The notes beneath the pieces were generated by a model that was given only the letters and a program-made list of their open reading frames with translations, was not told the DNA's origin and searched no databases. Position numbers and translations under genes: made by a program. From a candidate division WOR-3 bacterium (GTDB taxonomy: Bacteria > Hydrothermota > Hydrothermia > LBFQ01 > DSFT01): a stretch of DNA of 64,000 nt. Below, in pieces: positions 59,803 to 64,000 of this stretch (its first letter is position 1; each line of letters begins with the position of its first letter). The DNA lies in contig JBDRXL010000004.1 of assembly GCA_039802865.1 (NCBI GenBank), positions 3,768 through 67,767 on the forward strand, in the 5' to 3' direction.

Positions 59803-61229
59803 GTTTTTTATTTAGTTTTATAGTGATAAATGAAGTGATGAATTATCCAAGTGATGAAAGTTGTGGAGAATTTGTTGAAATTTATAATAATTCAAGTGAT
59901 ACTATTTATTTAAATGGCTTTAAAATAATTGATGGAGAAGATATTGATTTTATTACAACTCTTCAAAATCCACCAAATTATATATCTTCAAGAACCTTCA
60001 TATTACCTTATGAATATACGCTTATAATTGATCCTGATTACTTTTCTGGAAATTGTTCAGTTAATTATAATTTACAAGGAAATGTTTTAATAGTTGATGA
60101 TGCATCAGTTGGAAATGGTATTGCAAAAAATGACAGCATTTATATATTAAATCAAAATAATGATACAATTGCAAAATTTCAAAAACCCATATTAAATATC
60201 CAAATGGGTTATTCTGTTGAAAGGATAAATTTTGATATAGATGAATGGGGGATTAGTAATGTTTTAAATGGAACTCCAAACTACCAAAATTCTATATTTT
60301 CAAATAGCTTGATAAAAGTTGATACTATTTTTATAGTTTCAAACATTTTAAAGATTATATTAAAGAATTTATCAAATTCCACATTTTCAGATAATATAAA
60401 AATCATATCAGGTGATACACTCAATTTTAACATAACTATAAATCCAAATAGCACTTATGAAATTGACTTAAATTTAAATACTTTAAAATCCATAAAGCTT
60501 GAAATTCTTTCTCAAAACTTCAATAAATTCTTTTATATTCCAATAACTTATCCAACTTTAATTATAAATGAAATTGAATATGATGCACAAGTTGAATGGT
60601 TTGAAATATATAACAATTCAGAAATAGAAGTTGATTTATCAAAATTTAAAATAAGAGATTTAGCAAAGAATGAATTTCATTTAAGTGGAAAAATTGCTCC
60701 AAAGGGATTTAAAGTTTTTAGAGCGGATAGTTTTCCAGATTTTATTACCCTTAATGATAACTATGAAAGTTTAATTTTACTTTCTGAATTTAATTTAATG
60801 TTTGATAGTGTTTATTATACATCTTCATATGGAGGAAAAGAAAATTATACACTTGAAAAAATAAATCCAAGTTTAAAAGGTTATTTAAGTGATAGTTGGA
60901 AAAGCTCACTTTATGAATTTGGAACACCAAATAAAGTAAATAGTGTTTATATTTCTGATAGCTCATTAAATTTAGAGATTTTTATTTCAAATAAAAGGGT
61001 TAAAAGAGGTGAGATTTTAACAATTTCAGCATATTTAAGTCAAAACGATGATATTGATGTTTATCTTTTTGATGATATTGGAAGGCTTATAAATAAGGTT
61101 TATAGTGTAAGAAATACAAATAGAGTAATTTTTAATTTAAATACTTCAAATTTAAGAGGAGGAATTTATATTATTCTGTTTAAAGGCACAAAATTTAATA
61201 AAAAAGCTTATTTTAGAATTGTTGAGTAA
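59799..61229 (+). CDS. Lamin-tail-domain (LTD) repeat protein with T9SS C-terminal sorting domain
   Basis: Two LTD-like modules (IVINEVMNYPSDE...FVEIYNNSSDTIYLNGFKI and LIINEIEYDAQVEWFEIYNNSEIEVDLSKFKI). Tail ...GGIYIILFKGTKFNKKAYFRIVE. Confidence 0.45.
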   Translation: MSFLFSFIVINEVMNYPSDESCGEFVEIYNNSSDTIYLNGFKIIDGEDIDFITTLQNPPNYISSRTFILPYEYTLIIDPDYFSGNCSVNYNLQGNVLIVDDASVGNGIAKNDSIYILNQNNDTIAKFQKPILNIQMGYSVERINFDIDEWGISNVLNGTPNYQNSIFSNSLIKVDTIFIVSNILKIILKNLSNSTFSDNIKIISGDTLNFNITINPNSTYEIDLNLNTLKSIKLEILSQNFNKFFYIPITYPTLIINEIEYDAQVEWFEIYNNSEIEVDLSKFKIRDLAKNEFHLSGKIAPKGFKVFRADSFPDFITLNDNYESLILLSEFNLMFDSVYYTSSYGGKENYTLEKINPSLKGYLSDSWKSSLYEFGTPNKVNSVYISDSSLNLEIFISNKRVKRGEILTISAYLSQNDDIDVYLFDDIGRLINKVYSVRNTNRVIFNLNTSNLRGGIYIILFKGTKFNKKAYFRIVE

Positions 61230-62046
61230 AAAATTCCAATGAAATATCCACCCATTTTGAAGAATGAGTAATTGCTCCAACTGAAATATAATCAACACCC
61301 AATAAAGCAATATCTCTTACATTATTTAAATTCACTCCACCTGAAACTTCAATTTTTAACTTTCCATTTACTAAATTCATAGCTTGTTTAATCATTTCTA
61401 AACTAAAATTATCAAGCATAACTATATCAATAGGATATTTTAAAACAATTTCCAATTCACTTAAATTTGAAACTTCAATTTCAATCTCTTTGCCAAATGG
61501 TTTATTTTTAAGAGCTAATTTTATAGCGTTTTCAATTCCCCCAACCGCTCTAATATGATTATCCTTAATTAAAATTCCATCAAATAAACTAAATCTATGA
61601 TTATATCCACCCCCTATTCTAACTGCATATTTTTCAAGATTCCTATAAATTGGTGTTGTTTTTCTTGTGTCAAGAATTTTACAATTTGTGCCTTCAATAG
61701 CTTTTACAAAATTATAAGTATTTGTAGAAATACCAGAAAGTTTTTGAAGAAAATTTAAAGCAATTCTCTCACATCTTAATATATCTTTTATATTTCCCTT
61801 AACTTCTGCAATAATTTCACCTTTCTTTACAAAATCTCCATCCTTAAAAAATAATTCTACTTCAATTGAAGGATTTACATACTTAAAAACTTCCTTAAAG
61901 ATATCAATACCACATAAAATTAGATTTTCCTTTGAAATTGCTATAAATTTTCCATTTCCTTTTATTTCAAGAATTTCTGTTGTTAAATCTCCATAAAAAC
62001 TATCTTCTAAAATTGCATATTCAATGAGCTTTCTTATATTAAGCAT
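61213..62046 (-). CDS. nadC: Nicotinate-nucleotide pyrophosphorylase (quinolinate phosphoribosyltransferase)
   Basis: N-terminal ...ILEDSFYGDLTT... and the QPRTase TIM-barrel pattern. 277 aa. Confidence 0.85.
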   Translation of the reverse strand: MLNIRKLIEYAILEDSFYGDLTTEILEIKGNGKFIAISKENLILCGIDIFKEVFKYVNPSIEVELFFKDGDFVKKGEIIAEVKGNIKDILRCERIALNFLQKLSGISTNTYNFVKAIEGTNCKILDTRKTTPIYRNLEKYAVRIGGGYNHRFSLFDGILIKDNHIRAVGGIENAIKLALKNKPFGKEIEIEVSNLSELEIVLKYPIDIVMLDNFSLEMIKQAMNLVNGKLKIEVSGGVNLNNVRDIALLGVDYISVGAITHSSKWVDISLEFFTQQF

Positions 62047-62051
62047 TTATA

Positions 62052-62068
62052 GTTTAAAATTTTAAAGC
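62052..62068. promoter_or_regulatory. Palindrome GTTTAAAATTTTAAAGC in the 24-bp divergent nadC/alr intergenic region
   Basis: ATG of nadC at 62046 and TTG of alr at 62071. Confidence 0.5.
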
Positions 62069-62070
62069 TT

Positions 62071-63096
62071 TTGGCAATTGCTTATATAAATTCAAAAAAT
62101 TTATTATATAATTTTGAGCAATTTAAAAACTATACAAAAACAGAAATAATTCCTGTTTTAAAATCAAATGCATATGGTCATGGTATTAAAGAAGTTTTTA
62201 GTGTTTTAAAAGATAAAGTTAAAAAAATAGCAGTTTTTGATTTAGACGAAGCTTTGACATTAAACTTTGAAAATACATTAATTTTAAAACCTTTATATAA
62301 TAAGGATGAAATTCTTCAAGCTTATCAAAATAATTTTATATTCAACTTATGCTCACATAAGCAATTAGAAATTATAAAAAAACTTAAAATTAAACCCCGT
62401 GTTGAAATTGAAATAGATACAGGAATGAATAGAACTGGAATATGGTATGAAGAATTTGAAAATTTTTATAATGAGGCTAAAAATGATGTTAAGGTTGAAG
62501 GTATTTATTCACATTTTGCAAATGCTGATATAGAAGAAGATAATTTTAGTAGTATTCAATATGAAAGATTTTTAAAAGTTTCAAAAGATATAAGTGTAAA
62601 AAAACATATCTCAAATACTGCTTCAAGTTTAAGATACAATTATTATTTAGACTTTATAAGAGTTGGGATTGGAATTTATGGAATTTATCCAGCGATATTT
62701 TTAAAAAAATTTTTAAATTTAAAACCTGTTATGAGTTTAAAAGCAGAAGTTATACAAGTAAAGTTTTTAAAAAAAGGTGAAAGTGTTGGATATGGAAGAA
62801 CATTTATAGCAAATAAAGATATGAAAATTGCTATTATTTCATTTGGTTATGCAGATGGATTTCATATTGAATGCTCTAATATAACTGAAGTATTTGCAAA
62901 GAATAAATATAGGAAAGTGCTTGGAAGAATATCTATGGATATGAGTGTAATTGAAGGTGATGATTTAGAAGAAGGAGATTTAGTAGAAATTTGGGGTGAA
63001 AATATTAATATTTTAGACATATCTCAAAGAATAGGGAAAATTCCTTATGTTTTATTAACATCCTTAGGAAATAGAGTGAAAAGAGTTTTAATTTAA
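62071..63096 (+). CDS. alr: Alanine racemase (TTG start)
   Basis: PLP-lysine motif PVLKSNAYGHG and a C-terminal beta domain. 341 aa. Confidence 0.85.
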   Translation: MAIAYINSKNLLYNFEQFKNYTKTEIIPVLKSNAYGHGIKEVFSVLKDKVKKIAVFDLDEALTLNFENTLILKPLYNKDEILQAYQNNFIFNLCSHKQLEIIKKLKIKPRVEIEIDTGMNRTGIWYEEFENFYNEAKNDVKVEGIYSHFANADIEEDNFSSIQYERFLKVSKDISVKKHISNTASSLRYNYYLDFIRVGIGIYGIYPAIFLKKFLNLKPVMSLKAEVIQVKFLKKGESVGYGRTFIANKDMKIAIISFGYADGFHIECSNITEVFAKNKYRKVLGRISMDMSVIEGDDLEEGDLVEIWGENINILDISQRIGKIPYVLLTSLGNRVKRVLI

Positions 63097-63884
63097 CGCC
63101 AATTTAATTTTTTTCTTAAAATATCAAAGAAATCTTCTGTTTTATTTAGTTTAATTAAGGAAGTTTTTTCATCTGAAAGCTCAACATCAAAACTTAAAGC
63201 TCCTTCACATTCCTTTAATAATTCTCCATCTGAATTAATACGCCATTTACCAAGTTTAGGTTTTACTGTAATGTTTATAATAATTTCTTTTGGCAAAACA
63301 ATAGGTCTTGCAGATAAATTATGGGGACAAATAGGAGTTATTATATAAGCTTTTACAGATGGATGCAAAATTGGACCACCAGCAGATAAATTATAAGCGG
63401 TTGAACCAGAAGGAGAAGAAATAATTACGCCATCTCCATAAAAAGATGTTATAATTGAATTTCTTGTTTTTATAATAATTTCAACAACTCTTCCAGATAT
63501 TGTATTTACACTAAAATCGTTTAAAGCACTATCAACTTCAATTCCATCTATATACAACTTTAATCTATCTCTTCTATCTAAATAGTAATTTCCACTTAAA
63601 AGTGCATCTTTTATTAATTCAATATCATCTATATCAAAAAATGTTAAAAATCCCAATTTACCAAATTTTATACCAATTATGGGCTTTTTGAATTTTTTGG
63701 CACATCTTAATAATGTTCCATCACCCCCAAGTGAAATAATAACATCACATATTTCATTTAATTCCTTATCCGAATATATTCCTCCAATACTTTCTGAAAT
63801 ATAAACTTCTTTAAAAACAGATTTTATTCTTTCAATAGCACTACTTAAATTATAACTACTATTTCCAAAAACTCCTACTTTCAA
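63093..63884 (-). CDS. nadK: NAD(+) kinase (TTG start)
   Basis: GGDGTLL motif and NDFSVN / DGxxxST motifs. Confidence 0.85.
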   Translation of the reverse strand: MKVGVFGNSSYNLSSAIERIKSVFKEVYISESIGGIYSDKELNEICDVIISLGGDGTLLRCAKKFKKPIIGIKFGKLGFLTFFDIDDIELIKDALLSGNYYLDRRDRLKLYIDGIEVDSALNDFSVNTISGRVVEIIIKTRNSIITSFYGDGVIISSPSGSTAYNLSAGGPILHPSVKAYIITPICPHNLSARPIVLPKEIIINITVKPKLGKWRINSDGELLKECEGALSFDVELSDEKTSLIKLNKTEDFFDILRKKLNWR

Positions 63885-64000
63885 ACCTTCTTTCTCATCC
63901 TTAAATCAAGAGCAATAGCTGAAACAATGAAAATTGAAGAAAGTGTTCCAAATATAATACCCCAAAATAGAATAAATGAAAACCCATATAATACAGGTCC
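63881..64000 (-). CDS. C-terminal fragment of a hydrophobic (membrane) protein, continues beyond window end
   Basis: Minus-strand translation ...GPVLYGFSFILFWGIIFGTLSSIFIVSAIALDLRMRKKV*. The stop TGA overlaps the TTG start of nadK. Confidence 0.3.
   Translation of the reverse strand, partial: GPVLYGFSFILFWGIIFGTLSSIFIVSAIALDLRMRKKV

Overview
This 64 kb window is very AT-rich (about 30% GC by eye) and tightly packed with genes, many overlapping by 1-23 nt. It looks like a diderm bacterium with a type IX secretion system (T9SS), so FCB-group-like, and I saw no rRNA, CRISPR array or obvious mobile element.

Housekeeping content:
- Aminoacyl-tRNA synthetases valS, cysS and lysS, plus tRNA-Phe and tRNA-Glu.
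- trmFO, rsmI, trxB, sufS, nadC, nadK, alr, mltG, xerD, htrA and a 5' lpd fragment.
- An rfaE-domain-II adenylyltransferase and a two-subunit-type 2-oxoacid:ferredoxin oxidoreductase alpha subunit (gamma-alpha fusion).

Cell-envelope content:
- lapA-lapB, a GT4 glycosyltransferase, a decayed gmd remnant and a YfhO-family membrane protein.
- An Sco1 plus cupredoxin copper pair.
- A TonB-dependent-receptor-like protein, and a giant 1692-aa putative outer-membrane protein I can only tentatively call SprA-like.

Secreted hydrolases: at least six proteins end in a T9SS-type C-terminal sorting domain. They are a BNR/sialidase-like protein, an M1 aminopeptidase, an S8 subtilase, a CocE/NonD S15 hydrolase, a beta-propeller protein and a lamin-tail-domain protein.

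Most interesting observations:
1. A perfect palindrome CTTTAAAATTTTAAAG, and close variants, sits 2-13 nt upstream of nearly every operon-initial start codon. It also sits upstream of the 5' ends of both tRNAs. It fills whole divergent intergenic regions as short as 18-20 bp. I read it as an extended -10 element, which would give leaderless or very-short-leader transcripts.
2. A four-gene operon encodes three nitroreductase-fold paralogs followed by a bacterial eRF1/Pelota-like protein. That protein has an intact GGQ motif and the G-AILRF C-terminal signature. This is a candidate undescribed translation-associated or conflict system.
3. The tRNA-Glu gene abuts a TTG-initiated ankyrin-repeat lipoprotein gene by one nucleotide.
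4. A GDP-mannose 4,6-dehydratase pseudogene remnant lies in an otherwise ORF-free 240-bp gap.
5. The predicted T9SS cargo proteins have unusually short hydrophobic N-termini of the M-F-F-x-L-S-F type.
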